A stretch of DNA of 64,000 bases from Basidiobolus meristosporus CBS 931.73 (Eukaryota > Fungi > Basidiobolomycota), in NCBI GenBank assembly GCA_002104905.1, contig MCFE01000233.1, positions 57,076 to 121,075 on the forward strand, read 5' to 3'. The notes beneath the pieces are model-generated. The model did no database searches and was not told the origin of the DNA. It saw nothing but the letters and a program-made list of their open reading frames with translations. How positions within the stretch are numbered: the first letter of the stretch is position 1; each line of letters starts with the position of its first letter. This document shows, piece after piece, positions 52,869 to 63,773 of the stretch. The position numbers and the translations under genes were made by a program.

Positions 52869-53215
52869 TGTTGTAAAAATTTGTAATTCCACCTAAATAT
52901 TCACCTAACTTGGTCACTTAGATCATTACCTTCAAATCTTAGTGAATACTGACCAAACTCCTTGATGGCATTACTCGGAACACTTTCACCAAAATATCAC
53001 GTACCCAGAACATGGAAATTAGATAAGTTGTCCAAACCGCCCTAAACTTTGCGCACATGTTCTTGGGACCTTCCTATACCTATTCACATGTTTGTTATGC
53101 CAAGACTATGTAAAAGTATAAATACAGCTTTTACATTCAATAAATCATTAAGTGAAAGCCACATAATCTACCTGTTCTCCCAATCACTTCGAATATCTCC
53201 AATACTCTTACAACA
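52869..53215 (+). mobile_element. Copia 5' LTR, followed by PBS and gag start
   Basis: TGTTGTAAAA...CTCTTACAACA, immediately followed by GGTTATGAGCCCTG and then a degenerate gag N-terminus (MSTTAVTGIFPSAEKLN..YQV..VKMKMLL..KGLWDIV) to 53378. Confidence 0.9.
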
Positions 53216-53229
53216 GGTTATGAGCCCTG
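53216..53229 (+). other. Primer-binding site complementary to the anticodon arm of initiator tRNA-Met (half-tRNA priming type)
   Basis: GGTTATGAGCCCTG is the reverse complement of CAGGGCTCATAACC in fungal tRNA-iMet, as in the Ty5 and Drosophila copia type PBS. Confidence 0.8.
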
Positions 53230-53378
53230 AGCTGTCACTCTCTGCAATGTCTACTACTGCTGTTACTGGAATTTTTCCTTCTGCTGAAAAGTTGAATGAT
53301 CTACCTACCAAGTGTAGAAAGTGAAGATGAAGATGCTGCTATGAGAAAAAGGCCTTTGGGATATTGTCCTGGAAGAAG

Positions 53379-56108
53379 TGTTGTAAGAGTCTTGGAGATA
53401 TTGGAAGTGATTGGGAGAGCAAGTAGATTATGTGGTTTTCACTTAATGATTTATTGAATGTAAAAGTAGTATTTATACTATTACCTGATCTTGGCATTAC
53501 AAACACATAGAATAGGTTAAGGAAGGTCCCAAAAGCATGTGTGCAAAGTTTGGGGCTGTTTGGACAACTTTAAGAATTTTCATGTTCTGGGTACCTGGTA
53601 TTTTGGTGAAAATATTGTAAGTAAATCCTGACAAGGAATTTGGTCAGTATTCTCTAGGATATGAAGGTGATGATCTAAGTGACCAAGTTAGGTGAATATT
53701 TAGGTGGAAATACAATTTTTACAACACTCCCACTCAGCTAAATGTTCATACTGACTAGTCCTAATTTTGACCTAAGATATTCAAACTTATCTCTAGCTAA
53801 TGGTTTGGTAAATATGTCTGCAATCATTTCATTTGTAGGACAGTAAGCTAAGCTAACTCAGTTATTCTCTATAGCTTCACAAATGAAATGATGTCTAATA
53901 TTTATGTGCTTGGTTCTAACATGAAAAGTTGGATTTCTACCTAATTGTATACATCCTGGATTATCTTGAAATAAAGTAATAGGCATTTTTTGACATAGGC
54001 CTAAATCTGTAAAAGTTTTCTTAACCACATTGCTTCTTTTGTAGCTTCATAGTCTGCCATATACTCTGCCTCTGTGGTGGAAAGTGCTACAGTTGGTTGC
54101 TTCCTTGAATTCCATGAAATTGCTCCTTTACAGTAAAGAAAGGTGTATCCTGTGGTGGATCTTCTGTCTTCAAAATTTTGTCCCCAATCAGTATTGGAGT
54201 ATCCCACAAGATCCTGTTCTGAATCCTTATAAGTGTATCTTAAGCAGATATCAGCAGTTCCTTTCAGGTATCTAAAAATCTGCTTAACTGCAGCAATATG
54301 ATCAGAGCCATAGTTCTGATTATGTTGGCTGACAACTCCCACTGAATATGAGATATCTGGACATGTTCCAAGCATGATATAAATCAGACTGCCAACCATG
54401 GATTGATAAGGAAAGTCAGGGCTCTCAGATGGCACCAAGCTCTCTTGATTTGGTTGAGTTTTGACCAAGTTAAGGTTTGTCTCCATTGGGGTAGCTGCAG
54501 GTTTACAGTCTTCCATATGGTACTTCTTTGGTATATCCTGAATATACTTGGATTGGCTTAGGGTGATAGTCTGAGTACTTCTGTCTATGTAGATCTTAAT
54601 CCCTAAGTAGTAACCAAGTTCTCCTAGATTGGACATCTTGAACTCCTTAGATAGGCTGGATTTAGTCTCTTCCAATGTTTCTAGGTTATTGGCAGCTATA
54701 ATAAGATCATCCACATATAGAGCTAATAGTACTGGATTTGCTCTATCTGGCTTATAGTATATACTATAGTCAGCATTACTCCTTTTGAAACTCAAAGATT
54801 CCAAATAAGAATCTATCTTGCAATTCCAGGCTCTTGGTGATTGTTTGAGACCATATAGTGACTTTTTAAGCTTGCAGACCAAATGGGGGTTATCTTGGTC
54901 AGCAAACCCATCAGGCTGGTCTATATACACATCTGCATCAAGTTCTCCATTCAAAAATGCAGTTTTTACATCCATTTGATGAATAAAAAACTTATATTTG
55001 GCTGCAATAGCAAATATTAATCTGATGGAATTAAACTTGGCTACCAGTACAAAAGTCTCAGTATAGTCAAGTCCTTTTGTTTGAGAGTATCCTTTGGCTA
55101 CAAGTCTTGCTTTGTATCTTTCAATTGTACCATCAGCCTTGTATTTCGTCTTGAAGACCCATCTGCATTCAATTGATTTTTGGTTGATTGACAATTTGAC
55201 TAAGTCCCAAGTTTGATTTTCCATCAGGGCCTGATATTCCTCAGTCATTGCAAATCTCCAAAACTTTGTCTGAGGGCTATTTAGGGCCTCTTTTACAGTC
55301 TGGGGTACATCAATATGGACTGCATAGGCATAAGCTAAGTTTGTACCCTCATTGATATGGTAATTTGGGCTATTTCTTGTCCAATTGGATCTCCGGGCAT
55401 TTAATACTGGAATGATCTCTTCTGGGATATTCCTGGGCACTGATCATGGCTGAACCATGGTTGTAGAGTTCTCTGGAGTGAAAAAATTCTCATTGTTTTG
55501 TTCTGATTCAATCCTGACAATTGGTGGATTTGAGAACAGATTTCCGTCATCATCTGATGTCATTTTTTGTGAAAATTTTAAATTATCATCAAACAACACA
55601 TCCCTGGACTTGATTAGCTTCTTTGCTTTGGTATTGTAGAGTCTGTATGCTTTACTCTCATTGCAGCAGCTCAAAAATATGCATTTGACACTTTTTGGCT
55701 CAAATTTTGACTGATTTCCGGGCAGTTTCTTGGCATATGCTGTACACCCAAATATTCTTAGATGTTCTGCACTTGGTCTAAGTCCATACCATGCTTCAAA
55801 TGGAGTAGAATCACAAAGTATTCTGCTATAATCCCTATTTTTAAGATATACAGCTGTGGCAACTGGATCCACCCAAAAATCATCAGATAATTTTTGATCA
55901 AGGATCATAGAGCTTGCCATATCAATTATTGATCTGTTAGCATGTTCTGGTACTCCATTTTGCTGCAGGGAGTATGGTACAGTAGTTGCTTGCTTTATCC
56001 CCTGAATTTTGCAGAAGTGGATGAAGAGTTTTGAGGTATATTCTCCATCATTGTCAGAGAGTATTTTCTGGATTTTTTCACCAGTTTCTCTCTCCACCAT
56101 GGCTTTAA
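53379..56108 (-). mobile_element. 5'-truncated, decayed Ty1/copia retrotransposon: integrase core, RT, RNase H, PPT and 3' LTR (53379-53726)
   Basis: Integrase SDNDGEY..QQNGVPE, RT YKARLVAKG, QMDVKTAFLNG, LYGLKQS, LYVDD, and RNase [33 protein letters not shown] abuts the LTR. Lesions: TGA at 55444-55446, a frameshift near 54004 and a TGA in RNase H. Confidence 0.95.
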
Positions 56109-56260
56109 GGGTCAGAGGAGATGATCATCACCAAAGGGTGAAATCTTTATTTAAATAATTAATAAAGAAGCCAAGTTTGAATATGAATATCTGAGATGCA
56201 GGAAGCCTACAAGATAAACTTGGACTTTGTGTTGTGCATCAACATTTAAAACTTTGCCAA
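56109..56260 (-). mobile_element. Short 3'-end relic of the telomeric LINE family (distal boundary approximate)
   Basis: Minus strand reads tggcttcttt...AATAAAGATTTCACCCTTTGGTGATGATCATCTCCTCTGACCC, the same 3' signature as at 58101, 60328 and 61156, fused to the broken copia integrase. Confidence 0.7.
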
Positions 56261-56966
56261 TTTTACTCCGTTTGAAAATCTAGTACCCTAACTGATTTTC
56301 CCTAACCCAAACATAACAAATCCCAGTTACAGTTTATTTGATCCCACCTCAGAATCTATTTTTAGCTATCACACCTGATCTATTTTCAAATGGTCATCAC
56401 GTTATCAACCTATCTGCCAAGCCTTCCCAGGTGATTAGTCATCTGAGATCTATCCAACCACTGTGCAGTTGCCAAGACATCAGTTGATTGATGATGTAAT
56501 TTTCATTTATCTTATGCACCTATGAACACCCAAATTGATTTCAATCAATCCAGTCCCTTGGCGCTTACTAATTCAACTTGATCAGAAAAGTATAAATAAA
56601 GTGTACTGAACCTTTTGGTTTAGTGTGTGTCTCAACGAAATTAAGATTCTGTCTCAGCAAAAATAAGAATCCAACAATTCCGTTCTAGTTTCTATCCAAG
56701 CCTAGTATATCTAGCACTCCAAAGAACACCAAGCCTAGCCTGCCTAGCAAACAAATATCATTGCCTTTATAGCCAACCCAGCTATATCCAAGACCAATAT
56801 TAGATCAGAATCTTTCTGCTAATATTTCCGCCACTCTCTGACAATTCTAAGATTCTGCACTTAATTGTCCCTTTGGTTCAGTTAAACCATTCAAGAGTTT
56901 TATCACACTTTCTCTTGGATACAACATTTTTTTTGTTGAATTCCATTACATTCAGCCGATTAGAAG

Positions 56967-58106
56967 ATGTCCTCAGCAGCAAGCAATCCAAACCTTTCCA
57001 TGTTGGAAGAAGCCAGAAGAAATCAGGAAGAACTTACTGAACAGCTTGAAAACATCATGCTTGAAAGAAATACCATGATGATTGAGCACTCAAAGCTTGC
57101 CAAAACAAGATCTGATAATCACCGTAGAGATGAACTCCTTGAAGTTATATCCGGTTACCAAGATGAAATTGGAATAATTAAGGAAGCACTGGAGAATATT
57201 GCCATAGTAATTGACAGCATTGAAAATCCACCAAGCCTTGCTCTGCATCAGCCACCAAGAAGTCATGCCTTTGAATCCTCCAGATCTACATCTCCTTCTA
57301 GACCTGCCCTGGTGGTTGTCCCAAGATCCTTGCCTGTTTATGCTGAAGGCACCAATGCCATCAAGAATCCAACTGAGTTTCTTTACAAGTTTAGTCACGT
57401 CTTAGCTGCACACCAGCTAGACCCTGACACCAACTGGGCTAGACTTCTGCCTCTCTGTCTCACAATGCAAGATGCTGACTGGGTTGAAGTGAACATTCCT
57501 TCCAATAGTACGTGGAAAATTGCCCAAAACCTCTTTTGCAGCCATTTTGAAGATCCTCTCAAGAAAGCACATCTGAACTGCGACTTATGGAAAACTAAAA
57601 TGCAAAAAGGTGAATCTGTGCAACACTTCTGTGATAGATTCCAAAGACAAATGAGATTAGCTGGAGTTAGTGATGATAATCCATTGCTTACTGCTCATTT
57701 TCTTTCAAACTTTTCACACCAGCTACAGAGCAATATTGCTATTGTCAAAGCATGCAACCCTGCACGTACCTATGACCAGATCTCAGAGATATGTACACTG
57801 GCAATCACCTTGACTGCAGCTGTTAGCCAGACTTCAGGCAGCTCAACCCAATATCCCACAACAGCCGGAAAAGAGACCAGTCATGTGACCAAGAAGCAGT
57901 CAACTGCTACTAAGCACTGTGAGCTTCATGGAAAATGCTATCATTCTACCAGTGAATGCAAAGGCATCACCAAGCAGTCAAACAAGTCAGGAAACACCGC
58001 AGAAAAGCAGCAAAACACCAAAACTGATAATCCATATGCTGATGACAAGTGCTTTAAATGTGGAAATAGGGGACATAGATCACCTGCCTGTCCTGAAAAG
58101 GGTTAG
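56967..58106 (+). CDS. Ty3/gypsy-like Gag (coiled-coil, capsid-like domain, two Cys/His knuckles) with no pol downstream
   Basis: W..AQNLFCSHF and QKGESVQHFCDRF (retrotransposon gag), CELHGKCYHSTSEC, and CFKCGNRGHRSPAC (CX2CX4HX4C). The stop TAG lies inside GGGTTAGGG. Confidence 0.8.
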   Translation: MSSAASNPNLSMLEEARRNQEELTEQLENIMLERNTMMIEHSKLAKTRSDNHRRDELLEVISGYQDEIGIIKEALENIAIVIDSIENPPSLALHQPPRSHAFESSRSTSPSRPALVVVPRSLPVYAEGTNAIKNPTEFLYKFSHVLAAHQLDPDTNWARLLPLCLTMQDADWVEVNIPSNSTWKIAQNLFCSHFEDPLKKAHLNCDLWKTKMQKGESVQHFCDRFQRQMRLAGVSDDNPLLTAHFLSNFSHQLQSNIAIVKACNPARTYDQISEICTLAITLTAAVSQTSGSSTQYPTTAGKETSHVTKKQSTATKHCELHGKCYHSTSECKGITKQSNKSGNTAEKQQNTKTDNPYADDKCFKCGNRGHRSPACPEKG

Positions 58107-60327
58107 GGGGAGACAGTCACCAACAGGTGAAATCTTTATTTCAGTTGAAACAAAGAAGCCAGCGCTACTGTTGTAGCTTTGATACAAGAGTGTGTAGCTG
58201 AGGGGAATTTGTAGGTAAGTTAATAAGAAGTGATGATAGTTCTTCAGTGCTCAAGACACTGTTCAGTGGGAAGGGGGGTAGCAAGAGAGGTAAGAATGAC
58301 TTGTGAACAACATTAATGAGGGGAATGTGATAAGGATTGATATTCATCATAAAGGGAGTGTGCTGCTGCAGATATTGCTGCCAAAGGTCTGTCAAGTACT
58401 TCAGGTAGGCCAGCTTGGGTTTTTCTGACTGCAGAATAAATTCAGCAAACTTCTTGACTTCAGGATCTCCAAGTATAGTTCTCCAGCAGGAGCCAGGTGT
58501 TGTGCGGTGTGTTCTCTTCCAGGCCTTAATCAGTGGGTTGCTGCAGTTGTGAAGTCTGAGTTATAATCTGGTTCTAAGGTAGAGAAGTCTGATCTTATAG
58601 GGCATAAACCCAAAAGCACCAAGAATAGCATGTCTGTAGGGGCATTCAGGCAAATGAGGCACCAAGGAGGTAATGCACCATACTGCAAACTTGTCAAGCT
58701 TAGTGCAGTCTCTGGAAGTAAGAGAGAGAAGTGGTAAGCCAAATTCCAGGACAGGGAAGACAAACTGCTTGAGTAGAAGGAGGCAGCTTGGAGCTGAAGT
58801 TGTAGGAGGAGTAACAGCCAGTAGCTTGTGGCGTGCCTGTCTTGCCAGGATAATTCTCTTCTTCAGGTGTGCTCCAGAGTCTAGTCCAGTAGGAAGGAAA
58901 GGAAAGCCAAGATATGTAGCAGAAACCTGAGCAGGTAGAGTGGAGTTCTCCAAGTTGATGGGAGAGCCCAAAGGTACTGTCTTTGCAATGGAAAGCTGGA
59001 GATTATTCTTCTGCAGATACTGGTGGATGGTCTGGGAGTCTTGTTGCACATTGGAGGAGGATATTCTGATGTCATCAGCAAAGAGAGTAACCAGGCAGTC
59101 AGCTGAGAGTCTTGGGAAATCATTCAGGAAGATGGCAAACAGTATAGGACCAAGCACAGAGCCTTGAACCACTCCATTAGGAACTGAGAACACAGCTGAT
59201 TGCTCGCTTGGGTGCAGAATTCTTGCTTGTGGATCCAGAAACAGAGACCTGACAAGGAGGGTGAGAGAGGTACTGGAGAAGCATTGCAACTTGGACCAAA
59301 GCAGATTTCTGTCAACTGAATCAAAGGCCTTAGTAATATCAAACAGAACAGAGGGATACTTGCACTGGAGAGAGTGATCTTGGCTAAGTATGACTGCATA
59401 TTCCAAGGAGAGGCCAGGAACAAAGCCAAACTGTGCAGGATGAAACTTGAGGGAGTCAGAGTAGAGCTCCTGAGCAAGCAGAAGCTCAAACACCTTTCTG
59501 CAGGTGGGCAGCAGAGATATTGGCCTGTAGGAGCTAGGATCCAGGTGCTTTCCTTTACCCTTGTACAGTGGCAGAACATTTGCAAAGGACCATTCCTCAG
59601 GAGTAGAAAGCTGGGCTGAGCATTGCTGAAACAGTGGAAGCAGAAGTGCAGACATGGCCTTGGTACTAGTCTTCAGAAGCTCATAGGAGATTGTGTCCAC
59701 ACCTGGAGCAGTATAGTTGGGAAGCCTCTTGAGCACATTATGGATTCTCCTTTGATCAAGTGCAAGTGGGATGGGCAGAGTCTTGAAGTCAGGATGAAAG
59801 CCAGGAGTTGAGTACTGCTTTGTAGAGAAGAAAATGTTAGCCAGCTGTTCTGTTGAAGGTAACTTCCTGGAAGAGGGCCTCATTGCCCTGTAGAGTCTTG
59901 ATACTGTTCTTGTTATAGAGTTGGAAGATTGCAGAGGCAAGGAACTCATAATATGATCCCAGAGCTGAGTATGCAGAGTGTGGTGAATTGCCTTGGAGTG
60001 GTGTATTGCTGTCAGGAGGAGTTTCTCTGTTTTTGGGTTAGGGAAACTCAGGTAGCTTTGTTGCAGGGCTGAAACAATGGATTCCCATTTTCTTGAGGTA
60101 ACAGCAGTAGTCTTGCATGGCAGTGAGAGGGAGGCTGAGACCAGAATCAGATGCTTCACAAAGAGCCAGGCATAGTTGAGATCATCTGGCAGAGAAAGTA
60201 GAAAGCTGGCAAGCTTCAAGTAGTTCCCAAAGTCTTTCTTCTGATTCTCGGTAGCTTTGTGGGTGAGCACAGTAAGTTTTGGCAGCTTCTTCTTCACAAC
60301 TGGTTGCATAGAAAGGGACCAGGCTTA
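58101..60327 (-). mobile_element. Non-LTR retrotransposon, subfamily B, 5'-truncated, one premature stop (58561-58563)
   Basis: LINE RT motifs APGVDTI, PLYKGKG..SYRPISLLP, QFGF, DITKAFDSVDR, GVVQGSVLGPILF, FADD. The frame continues past the TAA (LRLHNCSNPLIKAW...HTPF) collinear with subfamily A. Confidence 0.93.
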
Positions 60328-61141
60328 TTAGGGGAGGGAAAGTCACCAAGTTGGTGAAATCTTTATTTGAGTTAAGAACTAATCTAAGTACAAATAAAGA
60401 AGCCAATTAAGAGGTCTAGAACCTCTCTAATAAGTAATCTAATCTATGTTTTGTTTCATCTTTAATGTGTGTTTCAATAAAGTAAAGCTCATCAGGGGTA
60501 AATATAAAATTCAGGGGTTTTGGGGGAAGTACAAATTGTAGATGTTTCTGATCAATATAATCCAAGACTGGAATCCAGCCTGGGATTAGGTGTAGTAGGA
60601 AAGGTGTGTGGACTTGTAAGTAGCTCTGCCACATAGATCTTAGATGGTCCTGAGCCAGTAGTCTTGGTTTCTCAGCTTTTTGAAGTTTTGAAGCAAGTTC
60701 TGTTACTACAGCAGAGCCAACCAGGGTGTGCCAGCAAGAAGATTTCAGGGAGGAGTTAGATTGAAGCCATTGTTTGATGGAGGGGTTATGTGATTTCTGA
60801 AGTTTGACTAGGAAGGAAGCCCGGAGATAGATCATTTGGATTTGGTATGGGTAGAACCCAAAGGCTCCATTAGTTGCATGGATATAGGGAGATACTGGAA
60901 GATAAGGTACCAAGGATCTGATACACTGATGGAGAAATTTATCCAGGCGGTGAAGTTCTCTGGAGGTAAGGGGTATAATGTGGAGACCAAATTCAAGTAC
61001 CGGCAGTACATACTGCTTCAGAAGTATAGGGATCTTTTGAATTGGAGTGTCTGGAGTGACTACTACCAGAAGCTTTTTGAGAGCCTGTTGGGCAAGATGG
61101 ATCCTATTATTCAGGTGGAGCTTTGTGTCAATCCCATGTTG
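60328..61141 (-). mobile_element. Non-LTR retrotransposon subfamily A, 814-bp 3' fragment (A2)
   Basis: Near-identical to 61156-61968, with fewer than ten differences seen by eye. Encodes the ORF C-terminus to ...HRLDYLLERF*. Confidence 0.93.
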
Positions 61142-61161
61142 GGGTTAGGTTAGGGTTAGGG
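61142..61161 (+). repeat. Interstitial telomeric tract between LINE copies
   Basis: GGGTTAGGTTAGGGTTAGGG, in the same orientation as the terminal telomere. Confidence 0.9.
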
Positions 61162-63773
61162 GAGGGAAAGTCACCAAGTTGGTGAAATCTTTATTTGAGT
61201 TAAGAACTAATCTAAGTACAAATAAAGAAGCCAATTAAGAGGTCTAGAACCTCTCTAATAAGTAATCTAATCTATGTTTTGTTTCATCTCTAATGTTTGT
61301 TTCAATAAAGTAAAGCTCATCAGGGGTAAATATAAAATTCAGGGGTTTTGGGGAAGTACAAATTGTAGATGTTTCTGATCAATATAATCCAAGACTGGAA
61401 CCCAGCCTGGGATTAGGTGTAGTAGGAAAGGTGTGTGGACTTGTAAGTAGCTCTGCCACATAGATCTTAGTTGGTCCTGAGCCAGTAGTCTTGGTTTCTC
61501 AGCTTTTTGAAGTTTTGAAGCAAGCTCTGTTACTACAGCAGAGCCAACCAGGGTGTGCCAGCAAGAAGATTTCAGGGAGGAGTTAGATTGAAGCCATTGT
61601 TTGATGGAGGGGTTATGTGATTTCTGAAGTTTGACTAGGAAGGAAGCCCGGAGATAGATCATTTGGATTTGGTATGGGTAGAACCCAAAGGCTCCATTAG
61701 TTGCATGGATATAGGGAGATACTGGAAGATAAGGTACCAAGGATCTGATACACTGATGGAGAAATTTATCCAGGTGGTGAAGTTCTCTGGAGGTAAGGGG
61801 TATAATGTGGAGACCAAATTCAAGTACCGGCAGTACATACTGCTTCAGAAGTATAGGGATCTTTTGAATTGGAGTGTCTGGAGTGACTACTACCAGAAGC
61901 TTTTTGAGAGCCTGTTGGGCAAGACAGATCCTATTATTCAGGTGGAGCTTTGTGTCAATCCCATGTTGACAAAACGGCAGACCTAGATATATTGCAGTTT
62001 GTTGTGGCAGAATGCTAGTGTTCTGTATAGTTGTAGTGCATCCAATTGGGACTGTCTTGGAAATTGAGAGTGAGAGGTTGTTGGCAGCCAAGTACTTCTC
62101 AATGATGGCAGTGTCTGCTATGTGATTAGGAGTAGCAATCTTGATATCATCTGCATAGAGAGTTAGTAGTGGATAGGGAGAGTCTGGTGAGGGGCCTTTT
62201 GGAAATAAAGGAAAGTCATGTAGGAATATCACAAATAATAAGGGACCTAGTACAGATCCTTGGACTACTCCATTTGGAACCTCATAAGTCTCTGATGTAC
62301 AACTTGGATGCAAAATTTTGGCTGAGTTCTCACAAAATAGAGAACGTACAAGAAGGGTCATTGGTAGTGTGGTAACTGCTAATAGCTTTCTCCAAAGCAG
62401 AGCTCTGTCCACAGAGTCAAAGGCTTTAGTAATGTCAAACAGAATGGTTGGCAATGAGAATTGAAGTGAATGATCATGGCTTAGCACTACAGCCATATCC
62501 AAGGAGAGTTTGGGCAAGAAGCCAAACTGAGAAGGATGGAATGGATATAGTTGAGATTGCAAGGATCTTGCTATTATAAGCTCAAAGATTTTCCGGCAGG
62601 TTGGTAGGAGTGAAACTGGCCGGTAAGAACCTGGGAGTGAGTGTTTCCCCTTCCCTTTGTATAAGGGTATTACATTTGCCTGTGACCAGGCCTTTGGGGT
62701 AGTCAATTGTTGGGCACAGATAGAGTAGAATGGGAGAAGTAAGTGACTCATTTTGGAGTAGCACACCCGGAGTAGATTGTAGGTAATCAAGTCATGTCCA
62801 GGTGCAGTATTTGCAGGAAGCTTCTTTAAAATTTTCTCCAGAAGCTTTGCTGAAACCACAATTGGAGATGTTGTACTGCCAGATATGTCACCAGTATGGT
62901 AGAAAGGAGGAGTGGGATGCACGGTTGAATCAAAGAATATAGGGGCCAGTTTGTCTGGTGATGGTATACTTCTTGCTTGGGGTCTCATGGCTTTGTATAC
63001 TCCTGATATGGACATTGTGGTGGCATTCATATTTACTAAGGGCAAGGTATCCATGATATGAGCCCATAATCTAGTATGCTCAGTGATCTGTAGTGACTTT
63101 GAGTAGGAGATTGCGCTTTCCAGGAGGTTCTGTGTTTTTGGGTTAGGGAAACATAGGTAGCTGGAATTTAAGGCAGAAATGATGGATTTCCATTTAAGTT
63201 GGTTTGCAGATGGCTTTTGGTAGGACTTGGTGGGCAGGGCCAGACAGCCAGTGATTATGATGAAATGCTGGTAAAATAGCCATAATGCATTTACATCATC
63301 ACAAATCCATGCAGGTAAGCTGGGAAATGCATATTCTGTAAGCAAGGATAGGTAGTTGGCAAAGTCCTGTGCCTGTGATACTGAAGCTTTGGCTGGCAGG
63401 ATTGTAAATGGCTGAAGAAGGGTGCCAATTGGTAGGGTTTTTCTGGCAGAAATGATAATATGTATTGGCTTGTGATCAGATTTCTCTAGTGAACCACAGC
63501 TGATATCCTCTGGAATGCTTGTAACCTGGTGGATGTACTGTAAGGCAGCTGGAGTGGCTGTTACCCAGTCAACACAACGTTGAGCTTGCTGAGTGTTTAC
63601 AGTGACCAGATGGTTTTGTCGTAGGAACTTTGTAAAGTGCTCCTCTCGGGTTCTAAGTCTGGATGAAATAGTGGTGATATTTTCAGGGTGGGGAATATTT
63701 TTATCTCCCACTACCATACAAGGGATTGATGAGCTGTTAATGAATTCTGATGTGGCCAAGAAAATTGCCAGTG
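61156..63773 (-). mobile_element. Terminal non-LTR retrotransposon subfamily A (A1): partial AP-endonuclease + RT + thumb, 5'-truncated at the telomere
   Basis: APE C-terminal motifs VVGDKN and KSDHKPI, then RT APGHDLI, SYRPVSLLP, DITKAFDSVDR, GVVQGSVLGPLLF, LYADD. A 1-bp deletion (G4 versus G5 in A2) near 61350 shifts the last ~35 codons. Confidence 0.95.

Noticed and set aside
56286-56308. Two CCCTAAC motifs as an inverted telomere (end fusion) or telomerase RNA template
   Set aside because: Only 7-9 nt each and non-tandem, with no supporting structure; compatible with chance in this C-rich stretch.
56967-58106. Gag as a HeT-A-like ORF1 partner of the telomeric LINEs
   Set aside because: It is oriented opposite to the LINEs, lacks their 3' signature, and has an LTR-retrotransposon capsid-type sequence.
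15604-58563. Stop-codon reassignment suggested by in-frame TAA/TGA in several relics
   Set aside because: Conserved genes here terminate normally with TAA, TAG and TGA (RPB2, RPS18, FKBP12, RPL19, chitin synthase), so the internal stops are decay.
61339-63759. Terminal RT as telomerase (TERT) or a Penelope-like Coprina/Athena element
   Set aside because: The motifs are LINE-type (APGxDxI, KGKG..SYRPxSLL, KAFDSV, GVxQGSxLGPxLF, YADD) with APE GDxN/SDH remnants. No TERT T-motif or PLE-type signature is seen.
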